Source: Fimbriosthenelais zetlandica
Lineage: Eukaryota
DNA: 64,000 nt
Assembly: GCA_977030845.1 (NCBI GenBank)
Contig: OZ365111.1
Location: forward strand, 9,982,001 to 10,046,000
Direction of reading: 5' to 3'
Made by a program: the position numbers and the translations under genes. Of this stretch, positions 62,440-64,000 are shown piece by piece. The first letter of the stretch is position 1; each line of letters opens with the position of its first letter. The notes beneath the pieces are model-generated. The model did no database searches. It saw only the letters and a list, made by a program, of their open reading frames with translations, and was not told the DNA's origin.

Positions 62440-64000
62440 GGTTACGGATGAGAGCGAACCCCTCGCCTGTAAAGAAAGAGAAGATGAAATTATTGGAGAA
62501 AGTACATTTGTAGCGACCTAATATACCGACCCTCATCCCCAAACAGTGTACTGAATTAGGAGAGTTGGTTTGGTATAGGCCTACTTTATACGGTGGTTCT
62601 TAAGTGAAATGATTGCATTTCACTTTCCATAGGCCTACTTTTATGCCCTATAGGCTTTCGAAAAGGAATGTTTCTCTTGGATGCATGACAGAAACAAATA
62701 GGCGTAGTACCCCCCTAAATGGCCAAGGCGGACCTTCTTCCTGTTATCAGGCTAACCAGACGCAGTTAGGAACAAATTGCCCCGTCATCGATCAGATTTT
62801 TACATCAGGATACCTCTCCAGGAAATGTGATCAATTTCTAAATAGGTTGACTGAATGTAATTTTAGCCAAAGATTTCAGTGTAGCTTGAGGCCCTGAAAT
62901 CGAGATTTATGCTGGGTCTGAAGGGAAAGTGGAATGAGTGCTCCCCGCTAATTATTCCATCAGTATCTGATTTGTAAAGACAGATCGATGATTTCTAATT
63001 ATCCTCTGTACCAATGTGACATTGAATGGATTGATTCTGACTTTCTGTCAGTCCCTCTGCCATCAATTCCAGAATAATGAAAAGATTATCTGAATTATCG
63101 TAGGTAATTTATAACGGGGTAAAAAGTTCAACATTGCTGAGCAGGTTGTTGTATCTCGTTTCAATGCAATTATCTTCCATCCCACAATTCCCATAATTTT
63201 ATCCAAGAGGTTTCGTTTTACTTTTACACCGAAATGTTCAGTTGATGCAAAAATCTAATATCGTATGAAAACAAGTTTTATGGATGAAATTATTATTGAA
63301 AAACTCTGTATGGACTAGACCTTTTCGTGCTGTGGAGACCATTAGGCTGTGCCTGCATCTTCCTGTCTATCACTGACTTCAGCATGCTGGCCATTAATCT
63401 TAGACTAATGTAATACATGCCCTCAGGTCAGTGCACCTCTAGGTGTACTACTTGTCCACATTGTCCACCCAGCAACTTTGACAAAAGGCCTCTTTAAGGG
63501 AACAATAATAAGTGGCCAAACTATCATTTGCAATTTGCTCACTGTTGTTATCTGAACATTCTAGGGGATGGTTCTATGCTTAGGCTAATCGCTGTGCTCT
63601 AGTTATATGCCTTACAGGTATACACATATATGAGGGACTTTTGACTATAGCAGAGGAAATAAAGGGCATTTAGTGTATGTCCTGGAGAAGAGTCAAAGAC
63701 TGTAACAGAAGGGAAGTAAATGTATTACTTATACTTGAAACTTGTGTAGGATTTGTGAATTAGTAAACTAAGGATTCCCCATTTTAACGTCATTGATGCC
63801 TTTTCTGGCAGACACACCCTGCACTGGAATTGCAGCCCATTTGTCATTGCCATGCTCGTAGCTGTAGGCATGAAAAGGATGAATCTGTGGGTTGCATGGA
63901 AACTAATGGGGTTTTTTCCACCACTGAGCCTCACTTAGATTGGAACAAAACCATTTAACTAACTCTGAACAGCTCTGAACAAGGCAAATAGTTTTGAAAA

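Overview
Eukaryotic, intron-rich, AT-rich genomic DNA from an invertebrate bilaterian; the species cannot be determined from the sequence alone. Three protein-coding genes can be reconstructed exon by exon, with reading-frame phases that agree across every junction. (1) SSRP1, the FACT small subunit, on the minus strand: 14 coding exons, 777 aa. (2) A TNKS1BP1/KIAA1671-family actin-cytoskeleton scaffold on the plus strand, head-to-head with SSRP1: 17 coding exons, about 888 aa, with several candidate alternative first exons and seven copies of a P-x-W-x-x-[ED/T] helix motif. (3) A gustatory-receptor-like (7tm_7/GRL) gene on the minus strand, with the family's three phase-0 C-terminal introns and an unusual TYxxxxxKF pore motif. 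The first 10 kb is satellite and transposon DNA. It includes a 40/41-bp minisatellite whose unit, read on the minus strand, is a GTGAGT...TACAG mini-intron with a near-perfect U1 site. Introns hold decayed DIRS/Ngaro tyrosine-recombinase retroelements, a Schlafen-like helicase pseudogene, two tRNA-derived SINEs and MITEs. All family assignments come from manual translation and motif recognition, not database searches.
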